Part shown: piece after piece, positions 48,835 through 62,221 of the stretch
Numbering within the stretch: the first letter of the stretch is position 1
How the letters are laid out: each line of letters opens with the position of its first letter
Source: Candidatus Spongiisociaceae bacterium
Lineage (GTDB): Bacteria > Actinomycetota > Acidimicrobiia > Spongiisociales > Spongiisociaceae
DNA length: 64,000 nt
Direction of reading: 5' to 3'
NCBI GenBank assembly: GCA_965262915.1
Contig: OZ253564.1
Span: 3,104,001 to 3,168,000 of the forward strand
The notes under the pieces: model-generated
The model's input: only the letters and a program-made list of their open reading frames with translations
Told to the model about the DNA's origin: nothing
Database searches by the model: none
Program-made: the position numbers and the translations under genes

Positions 48835-50250
48835 GTGGTCGATCTGCTGCTCAGGCACGGTCGCATCCTGACCATGGATGCCCGGCGCCGCATCCTCGTG
48901 GACGGCGCCATAGCCATCCGGGACAGAATCATCATCTCGGTCGGCCCGGATCGGGAGATCGGCGCTGGTACCGCGGCGGCATCCACCCGAGACCTGAAGG
49001 GGGCACTGGTCCACCCAGGGCTGATCGACGCCCACGTCCACGCCGGCAACTCCGAGTTGAGTCGCGGAATGGCCCCCAAGGACCACGCCGACTATGGGGC
49101 GGTGGACGACTGGCTGTTCACCTTCCGCAAGCCGGAGACCGACTACCTTGGCGCCCTGCTGTCCTGCATGGAGATGGTCACCAACGGCACCACAGCCTAC
49201 AGCGATACGGGCGGCTCCTTCTACCTGGACGAGACCGTGCGGGCTATCGAGAAGGTCGGGATGCGGGGTATGCCCGGATACTCGATGCTCGACTTCAACC
49301 CACAGGTTCCGGGTCGTGACACCTCCGCCGGCGCGATGTCCGAGGAAGAGGCGGAGATACTGCGGACTCCGACACGAACGTGCGTGGAACGGCTGGAGGA
49401 ACAGATGACCCGCTACCCGTTCCGCAACGGCGGGCGGGTCCGGGGCGGAGCGACAATGTACGGCTGCATGCGCTGCTCTGACGAGTTGCTGGTCGAGGCT
49501 CAGGCGCTTGCCAGGAAGCACGGGGCGCCGATGCTTATGCACCAGTCCTGGGATCCCGAAGAGGTGACCATCTCCGAGGCCCTGTACGGATGCCGCCCGA
49601 TCGAGCATCTGGCAGACATCGGCGTGCTGGACGAGAACCTGACCCTGGTGCACATGAACCACCTCTCCCCGACCGAGGTCGATCTGGTGGCCGACTCGGG
49701 CACTCGGGTGGTGCACTGCCCGGCGGCATCGCTGAGACGCGGGATGGGTGCGATCAGGAACGGCTCCTTCCCCGAAATGCTGGCCAAGGGCGTCCCCGTG
49801 GCACTCGGCTCCGACGGCTACAGCGGGCGGAGGGACGTGATGCGCCAGGCTTACCTGGCCGCGGTCGGTTTCCGCGAGTTCCGGGGTGAACTGCCCGTCC
49901 TCACCGGAGAGACCGTCCTCGAGATGGCTACCCTTCACGGAGCAAGCGCGCTGGGTCTCGAGAACGAGATCGGTTCGATCGAGGTCGGTAAGCGGGCCGA
50001 CCTGGTGATCCACAGCCTGCATAGACCCGAGGCATATCCCCGCTTCCGTGACCCGGTCGACAACCTCGTGTACTTCCGGTCATCGAGCACTGTCGACACC
50101 GTCTTCGTCGATGGGGAAGCAATTCTCGACAACGGTCGCTTCACCCGCTTCGACGCGGCATCGGCCTACCGGATGATTGAAGCAGCTGCTGCCGAGTTCG
50201 AAGCCGGCGTGGGTGCCTCCACCTACGCCGTATGGCCGCTGGTCGACTGA
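48835..50250 (+). CDS. Metal-dependent amidohydrolase
   Basis: PGLIDAHVH, LVHMNH, HCP, ALGSDG, GSIEVGKRADLV. Confidence 0.88.
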   Translation: MVDLLLRHGRILTMDARRRILVDGAIAIRDRIIISVGPDREIGAGTAAASTRDLKGALVHPGLIDAHVHAGNSELSRGMAPKDHADYGAVDDWLFTFRKPETDYLGALLSCMEMVTNGTTAYSDTGGSFYLDETVRAIEKVGMRGMPGYSMLDFNPQVPGRDTSAGAMSEEEAEILRTPTRTCVERLEEQMTRYPFRNGGRVRGGATMYGCMRCSDELLVEAQALARKHGAPMLMHQSWDPEEVTISEALYGCRPIEHLADIGVLDENLTLVHMNHLSPTEVDLVADSGTRVVHCPAASLRRGMGAIRNGSFPEMLAKGVPVALGSDGYSGRRDVMRQAYLAAVGFREFRGELPVLTGETVLEMATLHGASALGLENEIGSIEVGKRADLVIHSLHRPEAYPRFRDPVDNLVYFRSSSTVDTVFVDGEAILDNGRFTRFDAASAYRMIEAAAAEFEAGVGASTYAVWPLVD

Positions 50251-50308
50251 ACCACACTCCGACCACCGCCTCGAAAGCTCGGAGAAAGCCCTTTGGTACT
50301 GTTGGGCG

Positions 50309-51532
50309 ATGACGGTCTCTCTCGACGTTTACGATCCGGACTTCCTTCGCGACCCCTACCCGGTCTTCGCTCGGATCCGCGAGCAAACCCCCATCTTCCG
50401 TGGTTCGGGCCGCGAGGGTGAACGGCCCATCTGGTTCCTGACCCGCTATGCCGATGTGCGCCGTGCCCTACGGGACCGCCGGCTCGGCCGCATCGACCAA
50501 CCCACCGTGGACCGCGCCGCTTGGGGACTCCCCCCGCTCCACGACGGGTGGGCGCCTTACTACGACGTGGAACACTGGGCGCTGGTGTGGTTGGAACCAC
50601 CCAACCACACGAAGATCCGCCGGTTGGTGTCGAAGGCTTTCACGCTGCGCCGGGTGGCCGGCCTGCGACCGCGTATAGGCGAACTCGCCGACCGGCTCCT
50701 CGATCCGATCGTGGAGCGGGGCCGTATGGACCTCGTGAACGACTACGCGGCGCCGTTCTCGGTCCAGGTCATCGCCGAGTTGCTGGGCGCGCCCACCACC
50801 CACTGGCGACAGATGCTCGACTGGTCGTCCAGAATCACCAGAATGTACGAGTACAACACCGACAATGCGCAGACCCGCTCGGCCGTGGACGCCAGTCTCG
50901 AGTTCACCCGATACTGCGAAGAACTCATGGCCCGCCGTCGGGCCGAGCCGCGCGACGACCTGATCACCGCCCTGTGTTTCGCCAGGACCGACGACGGGAC
51001 ATTGACCGACATCCAGATAGTGTCGATGATCATCACCCTCCTCAACGCCGGCCACGAGGCCTCGGTGAATACGCTGGCCAACGGCATGTTGGCATTGATG
51101 CAACATACGGACCAGTGGCTTCTTCTTACCGACGGAGAAGTCGACCCGGCCGATGCCGTCGAGGAGTTGTTCCGGTGGGACGCACCCATCCAGACCTTCG
51201 ATCGATGGGTCGTCGCCGATGGCTACGAAGTCGGCGGGCAGCGGATCGCCCAGTACGAGCAGGTGACCGTGCTGCTCGGATGCGCCAACCGCGACCCCCG
51301 CCACTTCGAAGACCCGAACTCCTTCAGGATCGGAAGGGACGACCCCACCCACGTCAGCTTCGGCGGCGGGATCCACCACTGTCTCGGCGCCCCTCTGGCC
51401 CGACTCGAGGTAGACGTCGCACTCGACAGACTCGTAAAGAGGTGCCCGAGACTGCAACTGGCAGAAGACCCGGTTCGTCCTCCACGGTTCGTCCTGCGCG
51501 GCTTCAACTCCCTCGAACTGACCCTAGGCTGA
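50309..51532 (+). CDS. Cytochrome P450
   Basis: NAGHEAS (I-helix), EELFR (ExxR), ANRDP, FGGGIHHCLGAPLAR heme motif. Confidence 0.96.
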   Translation: MTVSLDVYDPDFLRDPYPVFARIREQTPIFRGSGREGERPIWFLTRYADVRRALRDRRLGRIDQPTVDRAAWGLPPLHDGWAPYYDVEHWALVWLEPPNHTKIRRLVSKAFTLRRVAGLRPRIGELADRLLDPIVERGRMDLVNDYAAPFSVQVIAELLGAPTTHWRQMLDWSSRITRMYEYNTDNAQTRSAVDASLEFTRYCEELMARRRAEPRDDLITALCFARTDDGTLTDIQIVSMIITLLNAGHEASVNTLANGMLALMQHTDQWLLLTDGEVDPADAVEELFRWDAPIQTFDRWVVADGYEVGGQRIAQYEQVTVLLGCANRDPRHFEDPNSFRIGRDDPTHVSFGGGIHHCLGAPLARLEVDVALDRLVKRCPRLQLAEDPVRPPRFVLRGFNSLELTLG

Positions 51533-51767
51533 CAATTGCCCTGCTCTGAGATAGTGCTCGAGCCGCGCCACCTGTCGATGCTACACCACCAACAGCCAGT
51601 ATCGGAGAACAGTGTCTACCACTAACACCGCCTGTCACTGCTCATCGATATAGTTTGGCAAGTCAGGGTCGTATTCGGCTTAACCGAGTTGGCACGCACA
51701 TGTGACCTGCTGCCGTCGACTGGCGACCCGACACCCGCACTAAGATTACAGCCATGTAACTCGGGGG

Positions 51768-52655
51768 ATGACGATGGAACAGCCACAACTGATCGTAGAC
51801 GACACAGGACTTCCCCCCACTCACCACCGACTGATCCTCGGTGATGCTCGACAGATGGTCGCGATCCATGATGAGTCGATAGCCCTTGTAGTCACCTCGC
51901 CGCCCTACTGGACACTCAAGAAATACCCTGACAATCCAGCCCAGCTAGGAGACCTTGCCGACTACGAGTTGTTCCAGAAGGAACTGGCCCGGGTCTGGGA
52001 TGAGTGTTATCGAGTGCTTCTACCTGGCGGACGGCTCTGCGTCAACGTCGGTGACGTGACCCTGTCCCGCCGCAAGCACGGACGCCACAGGGTTGTACCA
52101 CTACACGCGGACATCCTCGCGCACGCCCGTCAAGCCGGGTTTGACGTGCTGACCCCGATCTTCTGGTGGAAGCGCACCAACATGACCACCGAAGTGTCGG
52201 GGAACACGTATTTTCTCGGCAAGCCGTACGAACCTAATGGAATCATCAAGAACGAGATCGAGTACATCCTCCTTCTGCGGAAACCCGGTGGCTATCGCAA
52301 ACCCACAGAGGAACAGCGCCGTATGTCCCGTATTCCCAAGGAGGACTATCACGCTTGGTATCGTGCGGTTTGGACAGATATCGGGGGTGCCTCGTCGCCC
52401 AAGCACCCGGCGCCTTTCCCGGTCGAGTTAGCAAACCGCTTGGTACGTATGTTCTCGTTTGTAGCCGATACAGTGTTGGACCCGTTCGGAGGATCAGGCA
52501 CCACTTGCGTCGCCGCCGCCTTGGCAGGACGGAATTCGGTCGGGTACGACATCGAATCCACTTTCCTCGACCTAACCGAGAATCGGCTACGCGCGGCCCG
52601 AGCAGGCTCTCCGGCTACCGTCATCCGTATCACCGATCCCGGAATGGGTCCGTAG
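51768..52655 (+). CDS. DNA methyltransferase, beta class, probably N4-cytosine
   Basis: VTSPPY precedes HPAPFP and VLDPFGGSGTT. Confidence 0.92.
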   Translation: MTMEQPQLIVDDTGLPPTHHRLILGDARQMVAIHDESIALVVTSPPYWTLKKYPDNPAQLGDLADYELFQKELARVWDECYRVLLPGGRLCVNVGDVTLSRRKHGRHRVVPLHADILAHARQAGFDVLTPIFWWKRTNMTTEVSGNTYFLGKPYEPNGIIKNEIEYILLLRKPGGYRKPTEEQRRMSRIPKEDYHAWYRAVWTDIGGASSPKHPAPFPVELANRLVRMFSFVADTVLDPFGGSGTTCVAAALAGRNSVGYDIESTFLDLTENRLRAARAGSPATVIRITDPGMGP

Positions 52656-52658
52656 GCG

Positions 52659-53405
52659 GTGGCTCCTCCCCGAGCTTTCCTCGACCACCTCCGCTCGGAG
52701 GGTTACAACCCACGTTCCAACAAGCACTCCAATTCACTGGCCAACGCGATCGTCGATGACCTGATTGCCAATTGCCCGGCGATGGCTGAACCGGCCGCCG
52801 CGGGCCGGTTGGTCTACTCCTTGAACTTCAACCTCGGGTATCGAACCTCAACCTGGAACGTCGACCTAGTCCTCGGCACGCCGCCGGCTGGTACGCCTCC
52901 GCCCACCAATGGGCCCATCCGAACGACGAGCCCCGCAACGGTCCAGATCGCCATCGAGATCAAGAGCGTCATGACAGAACATCGGAAGGCCGTGAAGAAC
53001 CGGAAACGAGACCTCGAAGCTCATCACGAGCACACCCACAACTATTCGGCCCTCACTATCGCGGGCGGTGTGATGGTCATCAATGCCTCGCCAACGTTCA
53101 AATCGCCCCTCCGTACTGCAACAACGTCACACAAGAACCCTCGCGCGCTTGTAAGGCACTGTGTGAACGAGATGCGGAACGTCAGTATCCGCAGCGGAAG
53201 GACCGGACACGGCTTGGACGCCGGCACAGCTCTGGTGCTGTCCATGGACAATCTCGATTTCGAATCAACCGCCTTTGTGGATACCGATCCGGCGCCGACC
53301 GTAGAAGATCCGCTGCACTACGACTCGTTCATCCAGCGCATGTGCAACGAATACGGGTCCAGATTCCCAGGACCGAACACCCTTGCTCCCGGAGTCCGGG
53401 ACTGA
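52659..53405 (+). CDS. Putative type II restriction endonuclease
   Basis: 3 bp after the MTase; VDLVLG...IAIEIKS fits PD-(D/E)xK. Confidence 0.6.
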   Translation: MAPPRAFLDHLRSEGYNPRSNKHSNSLANAIVDDLIANCPAMAEPAAAGRLVYSLNFNLGYRTSTWNVDLVLGTPPAGTPPPTNGPIRTTSPATVQIAIEIKSVMTEHRKAVKNRKRDLEAHHEHTHNYSALTIAGGVMVINASPTFKSPLRTATTSHKNPRALVRHCVNEMRNVSIRSGRTGHGLDAGTALVLSMDNLDFESTAFVDTDPAPTVEDPLHYDSFIQRMCNEYGSRFPGPNTLAPGVRD

Positions 53406-53413
53406 CTCGGGAC

Positions 53414-54358
53414 TCAGAAGAGCGCAGTTTGCTCGGAGTGAGGGGACTCGACTTTCTCGCGTTGCGGATCGCTCAGGATTGCGTTGACCTGGTTCACCGA
53501 GGCAACCGGTAGGGCGCCTTTCTGTTCGAGTGCCTCGTTTCCGGGACCCTCGCCCGACCCCCTCCATACCGCTACTCGACAGTAGTTGCCCTTCAGCGCT
53601 TCGGTCGCACCAGACCAGGTACCTCCTGAACCGCGATCGGCTGCCACCGCCACGGTGACTGCCGAGAGCGCGTATATCAGTTTATTGCGGCCTATGGCGT
53701 TGCCGACGCTAAACGGTGAGTTAGGTGCGTAGGGAGTACACACCACGGTGCGACCGCCGTAGACCGCCCGACGTACGTCGGGAGCCCTCAGGGTGCGGAT
53801 GAGCGACTGTGCAGGGATTCCGACGACCGTTCCACCGGCTTGGAAGGCCGAGTCCATGGCGAGCTGGTCCACCCCGCGGGCGGCACCCGATACGAGCGGC
53901 ACGCCGAGCGAGGCTGCGCATCGGCCCAGGAGCCGGGCAACTTCGGCGCCCTTCTGGCTCACGTTGCGGCTTCCCACTACTCCAATCCCCGGCTCGTTGA
54001 GGAGTTCGAGGGCACCGGCGACATGGAGGATCGCCGGTGCCTTGGACCCGAGGCGTGCGCGAAGTCGTTGGGGGTAGAAATCGTCAAACGGAGTGAGCGT
54101 CGCTATCCCGGACTGATCGAGTCGTTCCAACTGGAAGGCCATCGCAGTAGCGCGCCCAAGGAGTTCGCCCATCCGACCTGCCACTTCTGCTGTCAACCCG
54201 GAGTCGATCAGATCATCTTTGGTTTGTGAGAGAAGGTCGCCCGGGGCTGGTACCTGTTCGACCAACTTCCAGAATTCCGAAGCTTTGAGCGGAACGGCTC
54301 CATCCTTTGCGATCCGGCTCACGAGCAGAATGGTCGCCAGCGAGTCATCATTCCTCAT
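53414..54358 (-). CDS. DprA/SMF-like protein (RqlI-like)
   Basis: YPQRL, VVGSR, VSGAARGVD, GRNKLIYALS, GGTWSGA; ATGA overlap with the helicase. Confidence 0.88.
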   Translation of the reverse strand: MRNDDSLATILLVSRIAKDGAVPLKASEFWKLVEQVPAPGDLLSQTKDDLIDSGLTAEVAGRMGELLGRATAMAFQLERLDQSGIATLTPFDDFYPQRLRARLGSKAPAILHVAGALELLNEPGIGVVGSRNVSQKGAEVARLLGRCAASLGVPLVSGAARGVDQLAMDSAFQAGGTVVGIPAQSLIRTLRAPDVRRAVYGGRTVVCTPYAPNSPFSVGNAIGRNKLIYALSAVTVAVAADRGSGGTWSGATEALKGNYCRVAVWRGSGEGPGNEALEQKGALPVASVNQVNAILSDPQREKVESPHSEQTALF

Positions 54359-56427
54359 CTAACGGACCTTCCCGCCGTATCGGCCAGCGCGAGCGGGTAG
54401 ACCGGTCCGGATCCTGCCTCCTGCAGCTGCCATCCGATTGCCGTCATTGTCCAACGGGAGTCCACGATGTCATCGATCAGCAAGACCGGTCCCGAAGGTA
54501 CCGGTTGGCGGACCCTGAAGGTGCCTTTGACATTGGCATATTGCTGCTCGATGTTTTGCATCGTTCTCTGAGGTGGGATTTCCCGGACTTTGGTCACCAC
54601 ATCTTTGCACGCCAGATTCAGGCACTCCGCCAGACGCACCGCAAAATGAGACACCAGATCCGGGTTACGGAGCGATGGAACGAATGTAACCCACTCGGGT
54701 GTCCTGTCCCCCCACCATCGTCGTCGGATCAACTGTGCAGCGGCGCTGACCAGACGATCGTCGAAACGCCCGTCTGTCTGCCTCCCTCGGCGGACGAGGC
54801 CCGACCAGCCTCCGTCACCCCACACAGATAGGGCACGACCGACTTGGAGGATACGGTCTGGGCCGATCCGACCGGCGCCGGGTATCAGCTTACGAGGCTG
54901 GATCGAGTGCTCCGAGGCGCGAATGTGCTCGGCTGCCTCTCTCACGTCCCGTGGATCGAGATCGACTGGTAGACGGTCCCCGGTGCAGATATCGCATATG
55001 CCGCACGGTTGCTGGGCGATGTCGTCGAGGAACCGGCGCAGGAGGGTCATGCGACATTGCTCGGTCGACATGTATTGCAGCATCTGGTTCTGCTCCGACC
55101 TTCGCAGCGCAGTGACGGCTTTCATGCGATCGCGGTCATACGACCATGGGCGTAATGTGCGGCGCCAACCTCTTCCCTCCCGTTCCACAGCGCCGTCGAC
55201 CTCCAAGATCTTCAGCAGCTGATTCAGTTGGCCCCATTTGATGTTCACGTCGCGGAGCAACTCCGCCGAAGACATCGGCTCCGCCCTATCTTGGAGAAGC
55301 TTCACCACCTCTGTTGCAAGATCCACCGGTGGGAAAGCCCCTTCGATGAAATAATCCTGGATCTCTCGATCTTCGGATCCGCTTAGAAGGATTCCCCATG
55401 ACCTGTCCAATTGCCGACCGGCTCGTCCAACCTGCTGGTAGTAGGCGATCGGGGATCCTGGTGACTGATAGTGGATCACGAAGGCTAGATCGGGCTTATC
55501 GAAGCCCATCCCGAGGGCCGAGGTAGCTACCACCACCTTGCGCTCGTTAGCCAGCAGTTCCTGCTCGATGGTGAGCCTTAGCTCCTTATCGGTACTTCCG
55601 CTGTACGCGACCGCGTCGATACCTCTCGATTGGAGCCAGGATGCCAGGCGGATGGTGTCCCGGATGGTCAGGCAGTAAATGACACCTGTCCCCTCCAGCT
55701 TGGGGATGAGATCGGCAAGCCAGGCCAAACGAGTTCTCGGAGACGGCATAGGGAGCGCATGTAGCCGGAGGCCTTCTCGACCCAGCGGACCCCTTAACGG
55801 CACAAGCTCGGAGCCGAGTTGTTGCTTCACGTCATCGACGACCCGGTCATTCGCGGTCGCCGTGCAACAGAGCACGGGTACTCCCCGCGACAGGAGGTCA
55901 AGTACTCGGACGATCCGGCGGTAGTCAGGACGGAAATCGTGTCCCCAGTCGGAAATGCAGTGGGCCTCGTCGATTACGAGAAGACCGCTTCGGCGACCGA
56001 CCGCAGGAAGTACTTCGGAACGGAACTTGGAGTTGGCTAGTCTCTCAGGGGAGATCAGCAACAGGTCGATTAGCCCGGCTTCGATTCTAGCATGAACCTC
56101 ATCCCATTCGTCCCGATTCGCGCTGTTGATGGTCGTGGCCCGTACACTCATGCGCTCGGCCGCCGCGATCTGGTTGCGCATCAGCGCTAACAGGGGTGAC
56201 ACCAATAACGTAGGTCCCGCACCTAGATCTCGGAGCAGCCGGGTGGCTATGAAATAGACTGCGCTCTTCCCCCACCCGGTGCGCTGTACCAGAAGTACCC
56301 TGCTGCGATCCCTAACGAGTGCCTGGATTGCCTCCAACTGGTGGGGTCGGAACTCGGCGTCGGATGAACCGGTGAGCTTGCGGAGCAGCAGAAGCGCTTC
56401 TTGATCGAATTGCGGTATCGAGATCAA
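54355..56427 (-). CDS. RecQ-like helicase with C-terminal phosphoribosyltransferase domain (RqlH-like)
   Basis: RTGWGKS, DEAHCISDWGHDFRPDY, YYQQVGRAGR, CGICDIC, VLLIDDIVDSRWT. TTG 56427 has AAGGA upstream; the ORF extends to 56478. Confidence 0.92.
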   Translation of the reverse strand: MISIPQFDQEALLLLRKLTGSSDAEFRPHQLEAIQALVRDRSRVLLVQRTGWGKSAVYFIATRLLRDLGAGPTLLVSPLLALMRNQIAAAERMSVRATTINSANRDEWDEVHARIEAGLIDLLLISPERLANSKFRSEVLPAVGRRSGLLVIDEAHCISDWGHDFRPDYRRIVRVLDLLSRGVPVLCCTATANDRVVDDVKQQLGSELVPLRGPLGREGLRLHALPMPSPRTRLAWLADLIPKLEGTGVIYCLTIRDTIRLASWLQSRGIDAVAYSGSTDKELRLTIEQELLANERKVVVATSALGMGFDKPDLAFVIHYQSPGSPIAYYQQVGRAGRQLDRSWGILLSGSEDREIQDYFIEGAFPPVDLATEVVKLLQDRAEPMSSAELLRDVNIKWGQLNQLLKILEVDGAVEREGRGWRRTLRPWSYDRDRMKAVTALRRSEQNQMLQYMSTEQCRMTLLRRFLDDIAQQPCGICDICTGDRLPVDLDPRDVREAAEHIRASEHSIQPRKLIPGAGRIGPDRILQVGRALSVWGDGGWSGLVRRGRQTDGRFDDRLVSAAAQLIRRRWWGDRTPEWVTFVPSLRNPDLVSHFAVRLAECLNLACKDVVTKVREIPPQRTMQNIEQQYANVKGTFRVRQPVPSGPVLLIDDIVDSRWTMTAIGWQLQEAGSGPVYPLALADTAGRSVR

Positions 56428-56586
56428 GGAATTCCTTACGTTGCCTCCGAGACAACGTAACGTATACGTGTGACACAACCAAGCTTTGATCGTCTGACCA
56501 GACGACTCAACCTGCCATAGCTAGCTAAGAACTGCCGGGCATTCGCTCTAGGCCGATGATGTGAATCTGGCGATGGCGCTCGATCC

Positions 56587-56870
56587 CTAGCCGTCTGGAT
56601 CGCTTGAGAGCCTGGCCTGGTCGGCGAGGACGGTGACCGTGTTGTCGAAGATCTGGAGAAAACCACCGCCTACCTCCACACGAACTCGTTCCTCCGCTGT
56701 CTCGATCTCCACCGTGCCGGTGGCGAGGGCTGCCATAAGCGGTTCGTGGTGGGCGAGGATCCCGATCTCCCCGTCCACCGTCCGGGCTACCACGAAACCA
56801 GCCTCGCCTGACCACAGCACGGCCGCGGGTGATACCACGTCGACCCGCATGAGGGTGGTGGCGGTGACCA

Positions 56871-56871
<1 letters not shown>
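56587..56871 (-). CDS. atpC: ATP synthase epsilon subunit (short form)
   Basis: VVSP, GEIGILAHHEP, GGFL; last gene of the operon. Confidence 0.92.
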
Positions 56872-59196
<2,325 letters not shown>

Positions 59197-59205
59197 TGCG
59201 GAGAG

Positions 59206-60738
59206 CTACTCCCCTCCCCCGAAAGCCTCCGTGAAGGCGGCGATGGCGACATCGAGATCGTCACCATTCGGGAGACTGCCGGTCCGCCGGATGCCTTCCA
59301 GCACGTGGGAGTGCCTGACCCGGACGAAGTCCCTCAATTCGTTCTCGGCCCGGGCGATATCCGCTACCGCTATCTGGTCGAAGTGACCGCGCGAGACCGC
59401 GTAGATGATCAGAACCTGTTCCTCGACCGGCACCGGCGCGTATTGCGGCTGCTTGAGGATCTCCACAACCCGGCGGCCCCGCTCCAGCTGAGCTAGCGAG
59501 ACGGCGTCGAGCTCGGAACCGAACTCTGCGAATGCCTCGAGTTCCCGGTACTGGGCGAGGTTCAGGCGCAGCGTTCCGGCCACCTTCTTCATGGCCTTCG
59601 TCTGGGCATTACCGCCCACACGGGAGACCGAGATACCGGCATTGATGGCGGGTCGGATACCGGCGAAGAACAGATCGGTCTCCAGGAAGATCTGGCCGTC
59701 GGTGATCGAGATCACGTTGGTGGGAATGTAGGCCGACACGTCGTTGGCCTTGGTCTCGATCAGAGGTAACCCGGTCAGAGATCCGCCACCCAGTTCGTCC
59801 GACAGCTTTGCGCAACGTTCCAGCAGACGGCTGTGCAAATAGAACACGTCTCCAGGGAAGGCTTCCCGACCGGGGGGGCGGCGCAGAAGGAGCGATATCT
59901 CGCGGTAGGCTACCGCCTGCTTGGTGAGGTCGTCGAATATGACCAGAGCATGCTGGCCGTTATACATCCAGTGCTGGCCGATCGCAGATCCTGCGTAGGG
60001 GGCGTACATCTGCAGGGCGGGGGGCGCCGAGGCCGCGGCGATCACGACCACGGTGTACTCCATGGCGCCCGCTTCCTCGAGGGAGGCAACCACCTCGGCA
60101 ACCGTGGACGCCCGCTGGCCGATGGCCACGTAGATGCACTTGACCTCGTTCGGGGTGCCCTGGAACTGCTTCTGGTTGATGATCGTGTCCACCACGATGG
60201 CGGTCTTGCCGGTCTGCCGGTCGCCGATGATGAGCTGGCGCTGGCCCTTGCCGATAGGGGTCATCGAGTCGATGGCCTTGATGCCGGTCTGTAGCGGCTC
60301 GTGCACCGGTTTGCGTTGGACTACCGACGGTGCCTGGACCTCAAGCAGTCGGCGCGGGTTCTGTGGGATATCCCCTTTGCCGTCCAGAGGTTGCCCTACG
60401 GGGTCAATCACCCGGCCGAGCAGAAAATCCCCGACCGGCACCGAGAGCACCCGGCCGGTCTGGTGTACCGTGTCGCCCTCCTCGATGTGGGCGGCTTCAC
60501 CCATCAGCACCACGCCCAGGTCCTGCTCGTCGAGGTTTAGCGTCACACCCAGCAGACCACCCGGAAACTCGAGCAATTCGGAGGCTGCGGCGTGAGGCAA
60601 TCCCGAAACCCGTGCCACGCCGTCGGCGACCGACGTGACGTAACCGACCGTCTCCTGCTCGAGGCTGGGCGACCAGTCCGCCACATGCTTGCGAAGCGCG
60701 GCGGTGATGTCCTCGGGACTAATCGTGAGTTGGGCCAT
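59206..60738 (-). CDS. atpA: ATP synthase alpha subunit
   Basis: [29 protein letters not shown]. Confidence 0.99.
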   Translation of the reverse strand: MAQLTISPEDITAALRKHVADWSPSLEQETVGYVTSVADGVARVSGLPHAAASELLEFPGGLLGVTLNLDEQDLGVVLMGEAAHIEEGDTVHQTGRVLSVPVGDFLLGRVIDPVGQPLDGKGDIPQNPRRLLEVQAPSVVQRKPVHEPLQTGIKAIDSMTPIGKGQRQLIIGDRQTGKTAIVVDTIINQKQFQGTPNEVKCIYVAIGQRASTVAEVVASLEEAGAMEYTVVVIAAASAPPALQMYAPYAGSAIGQHWMYNGQHALVIFDDLTKQAVAYREISLLLRRPPGREAFPGDVFYLHSRLLERCAKLSDELGGGSLTGLPLIETKANDVSAYIPTNVISITDGQIFLETDLFFAGIRPAINAGISVSRVGGNAQTKAMKKVAGTLRLNLAQYRELEAFAEFGSELDAVSLAQLERGRRVVEILKQPQYAPVPVEEQVLIIYAVSRGHFDQIAVADIARAENELRDFVRVRHSHVLEGIRRTGSLPNGDDLDVAIAAFTEAFGGGE

Positions 60739-60776
60739 CGATATTCTCTCCTACGTCTCGGTTCATCCTCTAGTGG

Positions 60777-61310
60777 TCAGCCTGTCACTGCTTCACGCAG
60801 TTGCTCCAACCGCTTGCGTACCGAACCGTCGATCACGGTGTCGCCTACGCTCGCCACCAGACCGCCCAGGATCGACTCGTCTATCACGACCCGCACCTCT
60901 ACCTGGTTACCGATCCGGGCCGCCAGGGCGCCGGCCAAGCGTTCGACGGTGGCCTGGTCCAGCGGGATGGCGCTACGGACCTCGGCTACCGCGCGGTTTC
61001 TGGCTTGCGCCGAACGGATGGTGAACTCGTCGGCGATCTCGCTCAGGTCGCCACCCTTGCCGAGACCGACCGCGAAACTCACAAAGGCGGTGGTCAGTCG
61101 GTGGGCGCGGCCGCCCAGCAGATCGTCGATCACCGCTTGCTTGCGTTGCATGGGTAGCCGGTTGTCGCTCAGAGCGTCCTTCAGCTCGTCGGAACCTTCC
61201 ATGGCTCTGGCCAAACGAAACAGTTCGCCCTCGACGCGCTCCAGGACGCCCTCGCCCTGAGCCATCTCGAAGATGGCGGCGGCGTAACCCCGGATGGTCG
61301 CGTCGGCCAT
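60777..61310 (-). CDS. atpH: ATP synthase delta subunit
   Basis: GYAAAIF, VRSAIPL, DESILGG...IDGSVR. Confidence 0.95.
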   Translation of the reverse strand: MADATIRGYAAAIFEMAQGEGVLERVEGELFRLARAMEGSDELKDALSDNRLPMQRKQAVIDDLLGGRAHRLTTAFVSFAVGLGKGGDLSEIADEFTIRSAQARNRAVAEVRSAIPLDQATVERLAGALAARIGNQVEVRVVIDESILGGLVASVGDTVIDGSVRKRLEQLREAVTG

Positions 61311-61888
61311 CTAGTCGCCCGACTCCAGCTCCGCCAGATAGCTGTCGACCAATCCGAGCTGGGCTTGGCGATCCAGGCTCTGCCCGACAACCTTCTCGGC
61401 GAGATCGATCGAGAGGTTGGCCACCTGCAGGCGGGCGGCATCGAGAGCGCGCTCGGACTCGGCCCCAGCCTCGTCCCTGGCACGACTTACGATGTCGTCC
61501 GCTTCTTGCTGGGCTCTGGTGACCGTCTCCGCCCTCACCGCGTCGGCCGCCTGCCGAGCCTCTTCGACGATACGGGCTGCCTCTCCCCGGGCTCCCGCCA
61601 ATCGCTCCCGGTATTGAGAAGCCAGTTGCTCGGCCTCCTGCCGGGTGTTCTCGGCGGCTTCCAGCCGTGAACGTTCGGCTTCCTGTCGGCGGGCCAACGT
61701 GGTGCTGAGGGTCGGCACCACCCATCGCCAGATGAAGAAGAAGATGATGGCGAAAGCGATTATGCCCGCGATCAACTCCGACGTTTCCGGCAACAGCAAC
61801 CCGAGACCGCCGCTTTCCTCCCCGCCTTCTTCGGCCGCCAGCAGGAGCGGGGGCGCCGCCATCATGATCCGTGTATCGAGAGCCCTCA

Positions 61889-61889
<1 letters not shown>
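61311..61889 (-). CDS. atpF: ATP synthase F0 subunit b
   Basis: TGATG overlap with atpE; one TM helix then a long coiled coil; LAEKVVG. Confidence 0.93.
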
Positions 61890-62221
<332 letters not shown>

